Shown here one piece after another: positions 44,868 through 58,127 of a stretch of DNA of 64,000 nucleotides. Source of the DNA: Haliotis cracherodii (Eukaryota). Both the position numbers and the translations under genes were made by a program. How positions within the stretch are numbered: position 1 is the stretch's first letter; each line of letters begins with the position of its first letter. The notes under the pieces are model-generated. The model had not been told where the DNA came from. It worked only from the letters and a program-made list of their open reading frames with translations, and made no database searches. Where the stretch lies: the NCBI RefSeq assembly GCF_022045235.1, contig NW_027266286.1:12214001-12278000 (forward strand). The letters run 5' to 3'.

Positions 44868-46106
44868 ATGCAGCTCCCGTCTGTGCTGGTGTTGGTGTTG
44901 GTGGTATGTAGATCTGCTGCAGAAAATATTGAAGACATGAAAAATCTGTACAGCGACCTGTTTCGGAACTACAGCACTAAACACAGACCCGTGAACAACC
45001 AGAGTCACCATGTTGACGTTCACAATACATTCAACCTGGTTGCCATAACTGAAGTTGATCAGGTACGACAGACCCTCCACAGCAACGTCTGGATGAATCT
45101 GACATGGATGGACGAGTTCCTTATCTGGACACCTGAGAATTACAACGGCATTAAGTCTATTCATCCTCCCTTGACTGACATTTGGAGACCCAAACTCATG
45201 GTTCCAGTGTCTCTGGAGGATCGGGACGTCTTTAAAGACGACACATCCGGTATCACAGTTTACAGCGATGGCACAGTCACTTGGACGCCTGGGGCAAACT
45301 TTCTTACTGACTGTAAGTTAGACCTGACGTTATTCCCATTTGATGTTCAGACATGCGAGTTCCGATTTATCCCCATCGGCTATTATTCAAGTGAGGTAAA
45401 GATGGTCTCAGCTTTGAAGAGTGCAAACAGCCAATCCTTCACAACTAACGGAGAATGGATTCTTCCAAGTTCCAGAGCTTTCACACGCGAAAGGCACATC
45501 GGAGAAGATTTAAGCTCATCTTTCCTTTACATTCAGATTGATCTGGAGAGGCGTCCGGCGTTCTTCGTCCTCAATGTCATCCTACCTGTAGTGGTGCTTT
45601 CCTTTCTCAACATATTCGTGTTCGCACTGCCGTGTGAGTGTGGCGAGAAGGTTTCGTATGGCATCACATGCCTTCTCTCTCTAACTGTATTCATGAGCAT
45701 CGTGAGTGGACTACTTCCAAACTCGTCCGACAATATCCCGCTGGTCACCCTGTATCTTACATGTCTGTTCGGCATCAGCGTTCTGTCAGTTGTCACCACC
45801 ATTTTCATCGTCATGATATCTACCAGGAAGATCAACAAGAAGAATACACACTCACCTCTGTTTGTGATACCACGTTGTTGGTCGTTATCACTTCATGGAC
45901 GTAAACGCAAGGTCATGGACGAGACTCAGCAGGAATCTAAAAACCATGGTTTGGCAGGCGATGGGAACCCCGGGGGTCGAGTGAAGGAAGGCTGGGGAAG
46001 TTCTGACTCTGGTGGATATTTGATATCAGCTGACTGTCTGTGTATGGTTATATTCATGGCGGTTTGGCTGTGTGCGACTGGGGGATTCCTCATCAAACTA
46101 ACATGA
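44868..46106 (+). CDS. Divergent nAChR-like subunit, copy 3 (412 aa)
   Basis: Same motifs as copy 2; intact ORF. Confidence 0.95.
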   Translation: MQLPSVLVLVLVVCRSAAENIEDMKNLYSDLFRNYSTKHRPVNNQSHHVDVHNTFNLVAITEVDQVRQTLHSNVWMNLTWMDEFLIWTPENYNGIKSIHPPLTDIWRPKLMVPVSLEDRDVFKDDTSGITVYSDGTVTWTPGANFLTDCKLDLTLFPFDVQTCEFRFIPIGYYSSEVKMVSALKSANSQSFTTNGEWILPSSRAFTRERHIGEDLSSSFLYIQIDLERRPAFFVLNVILPVVVLSFLNIFVFALPCECGEKVSYGITCLLSLTVFMSIVSGLLPNSSDNIPLVTLYLTCLFGISVLSVVTTIFIVMISTRKINKKNTHSPLFVIPRCWSLSLHGRKRKVMDETQQESKNHGLAGDGNPGGRVKEGWGSSDSGGYLISADCLCMVIFMAVWLCATGGFLIKLT

Positions 46107-49100
46107 TAAATGAAAGGTCCTTGTGCTATTCTGCCAGTGTGAATCTTCAACGATCTATACTTCTTACGCTTAATGATTGTCCCTGTGCTCTAGGGTCCTT
46201 TGGAAATTCAGAAATAAAACAATTGAGAACATTCACCACAGTATGTATGTACATTGGACGTTGAACTCACACAACAACATGTCCTCACAATTGGCACCTT
46301 CCTGGGTTGTTATTAGGATAATGAAATATGTATTGTTCACTGGAGGATGACATGCTCACTGTCAGCATCAAAGCGGTAAATTGTTATTCGAACCAATTCG
46401 AGCCGATTCGGGTGACTCAGTTGCTATGAAAACCAGATCTTTTCGGAATATTGAAAGAAGAACTGTCTCCTTCAACCATCTGCACTAACCGTAGTGAATT
46501 ATCATTGAAGTGTATTCTGGTGGATCATCGCACTGTTTCTGGATCATAATGCAACAGAGTCATGACGTGATTTGGTTCTGCAATGCATCTTCATACCTTA
46601 TGTGTAATAACAACTAACATGTCCGTGACATTGCACATTGGTCATGTTATTAGGATAGCGAACTACATATTGTGTAATGGAAAAAAGAGTATAAAATCAC
46701 TGTCGGTACTATTTGAAATGTTGTTCTTACTGAAAGTGAAAATGGATTTTATCATCTCTTATCAAGAGCATGACACTTTACAGTGATTGCCATTTGAATT
46801 TTTTTTAAATGGTGGTAACCATTAGTATTAAATAGGACACTTTACCTATTCATGTTTGTCATTTGTTTCTATGTTGTACACTCACAGGTGAGTTTTTCTT
46901 AAACAAAAACAAGATGTATGGTTCATTGATAGCCAATGCATAATAACCAAGCATTTCAACTTTCAGTTTCAGGCTACCATGAGGGTTAGGAGTAGGGTTA
47001 GGGTTAGGGACATTAGACATGGCTTTCATTCAGATGACACTCTGTCCAACAGCATATCTCCGAAAACTGGATGTTATTTTGATACTGCTGTGAAAAAAAA
47101 TCTAATATAAAAGGCTTGGGACCAGGAAATAGATATACTTTCTTTTGTCACCAGGTGGTAATTATGATAATTAATTACGAAACAAATTTAAGATTAACTC
47201 TTAGGGGAATTATTCCATTATCTTATTCTCATTACAGAAGGATGTGTCACTCTCTCATATGTCGCTTTATGTAGATTTCCGTCTTCTCCCGAACTCAATA
47301 AACACATTGACACATAAGCGCAGAGAGATACGATGTATTGTGTATTGGTATCTGAAACTAAATACATGTCATGACCCTGCTCACAGAAAAAAACTATCTT
47401 TCAAGGCTTGGGACACTGGACAGAAAAGTAATATCTACTAATTTATCATCTGGTGTTGTTTGTGTTTATACATCATGGAACAGTGTGGAAATTCAATATT
47501 TGCTCGTAAGTGGATCAGTTCATTATCATATTGTCATGAGAGAAGAAGTATGATAGTTCGATATCTGGAGATAGACCGTTTGTCTTCTCTCAAATTCAAT
47601 AAATACATTGACACCAAAATAGAGTAAGGTATAGTGCATCGTGTATTGGTAATCATTTGAGACCATAAGATCCTTCCTTGGTGTAAACTCCAATGCATTT
47701 GTGTATACCGGGTTGTATTCAATCTTATTGTGGTTACTGATATGGATTATTGAGTTCATTAGGCCAGTTACACAAGATAAGATAACCCTTGGAGCCCATG
47801 TCTGACTACATGTATGTACCAACACCTCAATGCCTACTATTAGAGGATACACAGTACAAATTGATGACAGGTTATATGCGTTTCACCTTCTATCGACAAA
47901 GTCCGTGTGTGATTGTCAAATACGGGAATTTAGATAAGTTGAATATGATCCAAATTCTTTGAATTTATCAAACGTTGTCAGAAAAGGCTGAAAACCAGAC
48001 ATTACACAACAGTACTAAATATGTAATTATACAACATGGAATTACAGTTATCGTGGCTATGGTACCACACACATCAAGGTGTCAGACTTAGAAAGCAATG
48101 ACTTGTGAGTGCATGTATGCCACATGGCTATAGACTCATTTAACTAACTAAAGAGTCACTGCAGATGTAGAGTCACAAACAACAAAGAAGGATTCTTTCC
48201 GTATATCAAACATGAGGCTGGAGCAAGCTTTGCAACCTTGCGTGAAGGAGACATATGATGTCCATCCCAAATTGAGGAATATACAACCGCACACTTGAAA
48301 AGCTGTGGTTACTGGCACAAAACGTTGCCATATGGGAATTGTGATGAAGCATTTCTATTGTCCCTGTGTACATCATTGATTGAAATGGACCTATTTTCAG
48401 TTCCAGATTGTGGGAGGGAACAATGTTTTACTTTGTGGCTCAGTGATGGATCGACAAAAGCGGAGACCACCTTTCATGCTGGAATTCCTTCATCAAATAC
48501 TTAGTTCTGGCATATAATTGGACAGCCTCGCCATGAAATGAATGCAACCGTCTCATCAATATTCTTTAATTGACCCATTAGGGTAGACTATTTGCTGCCC
48601 ACTGTAACCTTAGTTTTGTCAGTTTTAACGACAAGGAGTAGTATCGAAGTCAATTGTCAGTAAATGACTCCACTGGGCACGCCAAATTGTGATATCATAT
48701 TTGTGTACATTCCCATTGTATGTATTTGTTATAACGACGACATTTTGGCCTGTCTCAATACGTAGAGCTTAAAAGTGAATTTAAGCAATTGAATTGATTG
48801 AAAGCATTGAATCTGTAAACTATAATCACAACGCTCGTGTTGACGCTCACTGTATTAGGAAGTCTCAAGGGCTTTCAAGTATTTTATCTGTCCAGGTTTT
48901 ATGTTGCTGTGGTTGTATGTTCACAGCGCGACTCTAACTGTCCTTCATCTGGAGTCCTGTTCGTCATAATCTCACATTTAATGTGAAACACTGAAAATAT
49001 TTATTTGGTACTTTATTGATCAGCATGTACATCTCAGATACATGACTGTTGTTCCTTTTTATTCAACGCAACATCGAATGCTGATCCTAATATATCAACA

Positions 49101-50873
49101 AAAGTTCAAATAAAAGATACCGAGAAACTGCGAATGTGGCGTGTTAATTCATCATCTACCGTTTCCGGGTCATGGGAGCAAACAAAGTCAAACGAATTAA
49201 ATAGACGCCAATCATATCGTCAAAGATACATTGTTATTTCCTATAAGTGGTGATTACTGATACTATGAAGTGATGTGTGTTTATTCCGGAGGTGATAAAT
49301 TTACTGTTATTGTTTTGTAACGATAGATTATCAGCAGACTACCCCTGTCTGTGACATCACATCCGATGACCTTAGCACTTACTGAAATATTGCTGTCAGA
49401 TTTCACGATCCTTTATTTCTTTTTTCTCTTGTCACATTGAAGGCAAAATTACAAATGAAACAACCCTCGACAAGGAAGATCGTCAACTTTCGCCAATGCA
49501 TGTATATGAAGGCAATGTATTCTTGATGTTAAAATAGCAATAAGTTATGCTGAGATCGGGCGAAACGCGCCATGTTTGATTTTCGTACGTCTTCATCACG
49601 ACACGGGAATTGTACTTTCGTATATCGTAAATATTCAATCAAAAGACTTGAAATTAGGATTGGTGAATATTTATGAGTCATCTATGTTTTCCTGAACATT
49701 TATAACATGACAAGTTGCACTAATGTCCTTATTTCTGCAACTACCATGATGACCTCGAAAATTAGGTTTTTATTCTGTTTTAATTTTGGATAATTTTATT
49801 TACTGAAATGGTTTATAATTTACCATCTCGCTGTTATTTACCAATAAAGAAAATCGAATTTATACTCGGTTACAATTACGATATCGCAGATATGATAATT
49901 GAAATCAATTTGCACAAACTTAACGATTTAAAACGGTTATTAACATGAAACGCATACCACCTTGAATAACGTAATTCAGGTAAGTTCAAGAAAATGTACA
50001 ATTGTTATGTTCGTTTTGGCCTTAACCTTGGTATGAATGAAAACATCAGAATATATTTATATAGCAATATATAGTTTTCTATCAGGCATAAATGTGCAAA
50101 ATATTACTTTAATTGTCCCTTGTTTAAAGAAGCACCGACTGTTTGAAACCGTTAACTAACTTTACAGCTAAAACACAGTTGTTAACATTGTATATCGTAG
50201 CCTAACATTGTAATATACCAGGATCGAAGTCCGTTATCTGTACGCTGCTGTGATTCACCTGCAACAACATTTGCATAAAACAACAACACTCACTTTATAA
50301 TGGACCGATCACATAGCTTCCAATAAGTACAATATATGGCCGAAATTAGATTTCTTGTACAGTATACCCACTGTTAACGACCAGAATGTGTGATTGATAC
50401 CCAAAATACAGAAACAATCTGTAATCATTTAGAGCTGACAGCCTGCTTTGTCCAAGATATGCAAAAACAATACCGCTGGAAGAACAATGTTGTCCCATAC
50501 AACATGAAGGTTACCTCATGTAAATGGACGTATGATATATCAATAATCAATTCGGGCAGGCATGCCTCTACTCGACATTACAATTAATATCGGTGTGTAC
50601 ACATTGCCTTTAATTCAATTTCGTGGGTAAATGCATTGTGTGTGGATAATGAAGTTCCATTAGCGCCGGAATATGTCAACATGGCTGGCTGTGTGACAAA
50701 TAAAAGCCAATGCTCAATACCCCTTTGAATCGATGACTGTCCTTGTTATCTGTGGAAATAATCACCAAGACTACACATAAACAACTAGTCAATTGGTCTG
50801 TCTGCAGACACCCATTAAACTATCAATTATGATATGTGGACCTTATTTTGTACAAAGCTGGTGACCGAGGAAG

Positions 50874-52112
50874 ATGCAGCTCCCGTCTGTGCTGGTGTTG
50901 GTGTTGGTGGTATGTAGATCTGCTGCAGAAAATATTGAAGACATGAAAAGGCTGTACAGCGACCTGTTTCGGAACTACAGCACTAAACACAGACCCGTGA
51001 ACAACCAGAGTCACCATGTTGACGTTCACAATACATTCAACCTGGTTGCCATAACTGAAGTTGATCAGGTCCGACAGACCCTCCACAGCAACGTCTGGAT
51101 GAATCTGACATGGATGGACGAGTTCCTTATCTGGACACCTGAGAATTACAACGGCATTAAGTCTATTCATCCTCCCTTGACTGACATTTGGAGACCCAAA
51201 CTCATGGTTCCAGTGTCTCTGGAGGATCGGGACGTCTTTAAAGACGACACATCCGGTATCACAGTTTACAGCGATGGCACAGTCACTTGGACACCTGGAG
51301 CAAACTTTCTTACTGACTGTAAGTTAGACTTGACGTTATTCCCATTTGATGTTCAGACATGCGAGTTCCGATTTATCCCCATCAGCTATTATTCAAGTGA
51401 GGTAAAGATGGTCTCAGCTTTGAAGAGTGCAAACAGCCAATCCTTCACAACTAACGGAGAATGGATTCTTCCAAGTACCAGAGCTTTCACACGCGAAAGG
51501 CACATCGGAGAAGATTTAAGCTCATCTTTCCTTTACATTCAGATTGATCTGGAGAGGCGTCCGGCGTTCTTCGTCCTCAATGTCATCCTACCTGTAGTGG
51601 TGCTTTCCTTTCTCAACATATTCGTGTTCGCACTGCCGTGTGACTGTGGCGAGAAGGTTTCGTATGGCATCACATGCCTTCTCTCTCTAACTGTATTCAT
51701 GAGCATCGTGAGTGGACTACTTCCAAACTCGTCCGACAATATCCCGCTGGTCACCCTGTATCTTACATGTCTGTTCGGCATCAGCGTTCTGTCGGTTGTC
51801 ACCACCATTTTCATCGTCATGATATCTACCAGGAAGATCAACAACAAGAATACACACTCACCTCTGTTTGTGATACCACGTTGTTGGTCGTTATCACTTC
51901 ATGGACGTAAACGCAAGGTTATCGACGAGACTCAGCAGGAATCTAAAAACCATGGTTTGGCAGGCGATGGGAACCTCAGGGGTCGAGTGAAGGAAGGCTG
52001 GGGAAGTTCTGACTCTGGTGGATATTTGATATCAGCTGACTGTCTGTGTATGATTATATTCATGGCTGTTTGGCTGTGTGCGACTGGGGGATTCCTCATC
52101 AAACTAACATGA
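50874..52112 (+). CDS. Divergent nAChR-like subunit, copy 4 (412 aa)
   Basis: Same motifs; intact ORF. Confidence 0.95.
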   Translation: MQLPSVLVLVLVVCRSAAENIEDMKRLYSDLFRNYSTKHRPVNNQSHHVDVHNTFNLVAITEVDQVRQTLHSNVWMNLTWMDEFLIWTPENYNGIKSIHPPLTDIWRPKLMVPVSLEDRDVFKDDTSGITVYSDGTVTWTPGANFLTDCKLDLTLFPFDVQTCEFRFIPISYYSSEVKMVSALKSANSQSFTTNGEWILPSTRAFTRERHIGEDLSSSFLYIQIDLERRPAFFVLNVILPVVVLSFLNIFVFALPCDCGEKVSYGITCLLSLTVFMSIVSGLLPNSSDNIPLVTLYLTCLFGISVLSVVTTIFIVMISTRKINNKNTHSPLFVIPRCWSLSLHGRKRKVIDETQQESKNHGLAGDGNLRGRVKEGWGSSDSGGYLISADCLCMIIFMAVWLCATGGFLIKLT

Positions 52113-55100
52113 TAAATGAAAGGTCCTTGTGCTATTCTGCCAGTGTGAATCTTCAACGATCTATACCTCTTATGCTAAATGATTGTCCCTGTGCTCTAGG
52201 GTCCTTTGGAAATTCAGAAATAAAACAATTGAGAACATTCACCACAGTATGTATGTACATTGGACGTTGAACTCACACAACAACATGTCCTCACAATTGG
52301 CACCTTCCTGGGTTGTTATTAGGATAATGAAATATGTATTGTTCACTGGAGGAGGATATGCTCACTGTCAGCATCAAAGCGGTAAATTGTTATTCGAACC
52401 AATTCGAGCCGATTCGGGTGACTCAGTTGCTATGAAAACCAGATCTTTTCGGAATATTGAAAGAAGAACTGTCTCCTTCAACCATCTGCACTAACCGTAG
52501 TGAATTATCATTGAAGTGTATTCTGGTGGATCATCGCACTGTTTCTGGATCATAATGCAACAGAGTCATGACGTGATTTGGTTCTGCAATGCATCTTCAT
52601 ACCTTATGTGTAATAACAACTAACATGTTCGTGACATTGCACATTGGTCATGTTATTAGGATAGCGAACTACATATTGTGTAATGGAAAAAAGAGTATAA
52701 AATCACTGTCGGTACTATTTGAAATGTTGTTCTTACTGAAAGTGAAAATGGATTTTATCATCTCTTATCAAGAGCATGACACTTTACAGTGATTGCCATT
52801 TGATTTTTTTTTAAATGGTGGTAACCATTAGTATTAAATAGGACACTTTACCTATTCATGTTTGTCATTTGTTTCTATGTTGTACACTCACAGGTGAGTT
52901 TTTTTTAAACAAAAACAAGATGTATGGTTCATTGATAGCCAATGCATAATAACCAAGCATTTCAACTTTCAGTTTCAGGCTACCATGAGGGTTAGGAGTA
53001 GGGTTAGGGTTAGGGACATTAGACATGGCTTTCATTCAGATGACACTCTGTCCAACAGCATATCTCCGAAAACTGGATGTTATTTTGATACTGCTGTGAA
53101 AAAAAATCTAATATAAAAGGCTTGGGACCAGGAAATAGATATACTTTCTTTTGTCACCAGGTGGTAATTATGTTAATTAATTACGAAACAAATTTAAGAT
53201 TAACTCTTAGGGGAATTATTCCATTATCTTATTCTCATTACAGAAGGATGTGTCACTCTCTCATATGTCGCTTTATGTAGATTTCCGTCTTCTCCCGAAC
53301 TCAATAAACACATTGACACATAAGCGCAGAGAGATACGATGTATTGTGTATTGGTATCTGAAACTAAATACATGTCATGACCCTGCTCACAGAAAAAAAC
53401 TATCTTTCAAGGCTTGGGACACTGGACAGAAAAGTAATATCTACTAATTTATCATCTGGTGTTGTTTGTGTTTATACATCATGGAACAGTGTGGAAATTC
53501 AATATTTGCTCGTAAGTGGATCAGTTCATTATCATATTGTCATGAGAGAAGAAGTATGATAGTTCGATATCTGGAGATAGACCGTTTGTCTTCTCTCAAA
53601 TTCAATAAATACATTGACACCAAAATAGAGTAAGGTATAGTGCATCGTGTATTGGTAATCATTTGAGACCATAAGATCCTTCCTTGGTGTAAACTCCAAT
53701 GCATTTGTGTATACCGGGTTGTATTTAATCTTATTGTGGTTACTGATATGGATTATTGAGTTCATTAGGCCAGTTACACAAGATAAGATAACCCTTGGAG
53801 CCCATGTCTGACTACATGTATGTACCAACACCTCAATGCCTACTATTAGAGGATACACAGTACAAATTGATGACAGGTTATATGCGTTTCACCTTCTATC
53901 GACAAAGTCCGTGTGTGATTGTCAAATACGGGAATTTAGATAAGTTGAATATGATCCAAATTCTTTGAATTTATCAAACGTTGTCAGAAAAGGCTGAAAA
54001 CCAGACATAACACAACAGTACTAAATATGTAATTATACAACATGGAATTACAGTTATCGTGGCTATGGTACCACACACATCAAGGTGTCAGACTTAGAAA
54101 GCAATCACTTGTGAGTGCATGTATGCCACATGACTATAGACTCATTTAACTAACTAAAGAGTCACAGCAGATGTAGAGTCACAAGCAATAAAGAAGGATT
54201 CTTTCCGTATATCAAACATGAGGCTGGAGCAAGCTTTGCAACCTTGCGTGAAGGAGACATATGATGTCCATCCCAAATTGAGGAATATACAACCGCACAC
54301 TTGAAAAGCTGTGGTTACTGGCACAAAACGTTGCCATATGGGAATTGTGATGAAGCATTTCTGTTGTCCCTGTGGTTTCCGCTACATCACTGATTGAAAT
54401 GGCACCTATTTTCAGTTCCAGATTGTGGGAGGGAACAATGTTTTACTTTGTGGCTCAGTGATGGATCGACAAAAGCGGAGACCACCTTTCATGCTGGAAT
54501 TCCTTCATCAAATACTTAGTTCTGGCATATAACGGGACAGCCTCTACATGAACGGAATGCAACCGTCTCATCAATATTCTTTAATTGACCCATTAGGGTA
54601 GACTATTTGATGCCTGCTGTAACCTTAGTTTTGTCAGTTTTAACGCTAGGGAGTAGTGTCGAAGTCAATTGTCAGTAAACGACTCCACTGGGCACGCCAA
54701 ATTGGGATATCATATTTGTGTACATCCCCTTGTATGTATCTGTTATCACGACGACATTTTGGCCTGTCTCAATACGTAGAGCTTTAAAGTGAATTAAAGC
54801 AATTGAATTGATTGAAAGCATTGAATCTGTAAACTATAATCACAACGCTCGTGTTGACGCTCACTGTATTAGGAAGTCTCAAGGGCTTTCAAGTATTTCA
54901 TCTGTCCAGGTTTTATGTTGCTGTGGTTGTATGTTCACAGCGCGACTCTAACTGTCCTTCATCTGGAGTCCTGTTCGTCATAATCTCACATTTGATGTGA
55001 AACACTGAAAATATTTATTTGGTACTTTATTGATCAGCATGTACATCTGAGATACATGAATGTTATTCCTTTTTATTCAACGTAACATCGAATGGTGATC

Positions 55101-56888
55101 CTAATATATCAACAAAAGTTCAAATAAAAGATACCGAGAAACTGCGAATGTGGCGTGTTAATTCATCATCTAACCTTTCCAGGTCATGGGAGCACACAAA
55201 GTCAAACGAATTAGGTAAGACGCCAATTGTATCGTCAAAGTCACATTGTTATTTCATATAAGTGGTGATTACTGATACTATGAAGTGATGTGTGTTTATT
55301 CCGGAGGTGACAAATTTACTGTTATTGTTTTGTAACGATAGATTATCAGCAGACTACCCCTGTCTGTGACATCACATCCGATGACCTTAGCACTTACTGA
55401 AATATTGCTGTCAGATTTCACGATCCTTTATTTCTTTTTTCTCTTGTCACATTGAACGCAAAATCACAAATGAAACAACCTTCGACAAAGAAGATCGTCA
55501 ACTTTCGCCAATGCATGTATATGAAGGCAATGTATTCTTGATGTTAAAATAGCAATAAGTTATGCTGAGATCGGGCGAAACGCGCCATGTTTGATTTTCG
55601 TACGTCTTCATCACGACACGGGAATTGTTCTTTCGTGTATCGTAAATATTCAATCAAAAGACTTGAAATTAGGATTGGTGAATATTTATGAGTCATTATT
55701 TTTTTCCTGAACATTTATAACATGACAAGTTGCACTAATGTCCTTATTTCTGCAACTACCATGATGACCTCGAAAATTAGGCTTTTATTCTGTTTTACTT
55801 TTGGATAATTTTATTTACTGAAATGGTTTATAATTTACCATCTCGCTGTTATTTACCAATACAGAAAATCGAAATTATACTCGGTTACAATTACGATATC
55901 GCAGATATGATAATTGAAATCAATTTGCACAAACTTAACGATTTAAAACGGTTATTAACATGAAACGCATACCACCTTGAAGAACGTAATTCAGGTAAGT
56001 TCAAGAAAATGTACAATTGTTATGTTCGTTTTGGCCTTAACCTTGGTATGAATGAAAACATCAGAATATATTTATATAGCAATATATAGTTTTCTATCAG
56101 GCATAAATTTGCAAAATATTACTTTAATTGTCCCTTGTTTAAAGAAGCACCGACTGTTTGAAACCGTTAACAAACTTTACAGCTAAAACACAGTTGTCAA
56201 CATTGTATATCGTAGCCAAACATTGTAATATACCAGGATCGAAGTCCGTTATCTGTACGCTGCCGTGATTCACCTGCAACATTATTTGCATAAAACAACA
56301 ACACTCACTTTATAACGGACCGATCACATAGCCTCCAATAAGTACAATATATGGCCGAAATTAGATTTCTTGTACAGTACACCCACTGTTAACGACCAGA
56401 ATGTGTGATTGATACCCACAATACAGAAACAATCTGTAATCATTTAGAGCTGACAGCCTGCTTTGTCCAAGATATGCAAAAACAATACCGCTGGAAGAAC
56501 AATGTTGTCCCGTACAACATGAAGGTTACCTCATGTAAATGGACGTATGATATATCAATAATCAATTCGGGCAGGTATGCCTCTACTCGACATTACAATT
56601 AATATCGGTGTGTACACGTTGCCTTTAATTCAATTTCGTGGGTAAATGCATTGTGTGTGGATAATGAAGTTCCATTAGCGCTGGAATATGTCAACATGGC
56701 TGGCTGTGTGACAAATAAAAGCCAATGCTCAATACCCCTTTGAATCGATGACTGTCCTTGTTATCTGTGGAAATAATCACCAAGACTACACATAAACAAC
56801 TAGTCAATTGGTCTGTCTGCAGACACCCATTAAACTATCAATTATGATATGTGGACCTTATTTTGTACAAAGCTGGTGACCGAGGAAG

Positions 56889-58127
56889 ATGCAGCTCCCG
56901 TCTGTGCTGGTGTTGGTGTTGGTGGTATGTAGATCTGCTGCAGAAAATATTGAAGACATGAAAAGGCTGTACAGCGACCTGTTTCGGAACTACAGCACTA
57001 AACACAGACCCGTGAACAACCAGAGTCACCATGTTGACGTTCACAATACATTCAACCTGGTTGCCATAACTGAAGTTGATCAGGTCCGACAGACCCTCCA
57101 CAGCAACGTCTGGATGAATCTGACATGGATGGACGAGTTCCTTATCTGGACACCTGAGAATTACAACGGCATTAAGTCTATTCATCCTCCCTTGACTGAC
57201 ATTTGGAGACCCAAACTCATGGTTCCAGTGTCTCTGGAGGATCGGGACGTCTTTAAAGACGACACATCCGGTATCACAGTTTACAGCGATGGCACAGTCA
57301 CTTGGACACCTGGGGCAAACTTTCTTACTGACTGTAAGTTAGACCTGACGTTATTCCCATTTGATGTTCAGACATGCGAGTTCCGATTTATCCCCATCAG
57401 CTATGATTCAAGTGAGGTAAAGATGGTCTCAGCTTTGAAGAGTGCAAATAGCCAATCCTTCACAACTAACGGAGAATGGATTCTTCCAAGTTCCAGAGCT
57501 TTCACTCGCGAAAGGCGCATCGGAGAAGATTTAAGCTTATCTTTCCTTTACATTCAGATTGATCTGGAGAGGCGTCCGGCGTTCTTCGTCCTCAATGTCA
57601 TTCTACCTGTAGTGGTGCTTTCCTTTCTCAACATATTCGTGTTCGCACTGCCGTGTGACTGTGGCGAGAAGGTTTCGTATGGCATCACATGCCTTCTCTC
57701 TCTATCTGTATTCATGAGCATCGTGAGTGGACTACTTCCAAACTCGTCCGACAATATCCCGCTGGTCACCCTGTATCTTACATGTCTCTTCGGCATCAGC
57801 GTTCTGTCAGTTGTCACCACCATCTTCATCGTCATGATAGATACAAGGAAGATCAACAACAAGAATACACACTCACCACTGTTTGTGATACCACGTTGTT
57901 GGTCGTTATCACTTCATGGACGTAAAAGCAAGGTTATGGACGAGACTCAGCAGGAATCTAAACACCATGGTTTGGCAGGCGATGGGAACCCCAGGGGTCG
58001 AGTGAAGGAAGGCTGGGGAAGTTCTGACTCTGGTGGATATTTGATATCAGCTGACTGTCTGTGTATGGTTATATTCATGGCTGTTTGGCTGTGTGCGACT
58101 GGGGGATTCCTCATCAAACTAACATGA
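56889..58127 (+). CDS. Divergent nAChR-like subunit, copy 5 (412 aa)
   Basis: Same motifs; intact ORF. Confidence 0.95.
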   Translation: MQLPSVLVLVLVVCRSAAENIEDMKRLYSDLFRNYSTKHRPVNNQSHHVDVHNTFNLVAITEVDQVRQTLHSNVWMNLTWMDEFLIWTPENYNGIKSIHPPLTDIWRPKLMVPVSLEDRDVFKDDTSGITVYSDGTVTWTPGANFLTDCKLDLTLFPFDVQTCEFRFIPISYDSSEVKMVSALKSANSQSFTTNGEWILPSSRAFTRERRIGEDLSLSFLYIQIDLERRPAFFVLNVILPVVVLSFLNIFVFALPCDCGEKVSYGITCLLSLSVFMSIVSGLLPNSSDNIPLVTLYLTCLFGISVLSVVTTIFIVMIDTRKINNKNTHSPLFVIPRCWSLSLHGRKSKVMDETQQESKHHGLAGDGNPRGRVKEGWGSSDSGGYLISADCLCMVIFMAVWLCATGGFLIKLT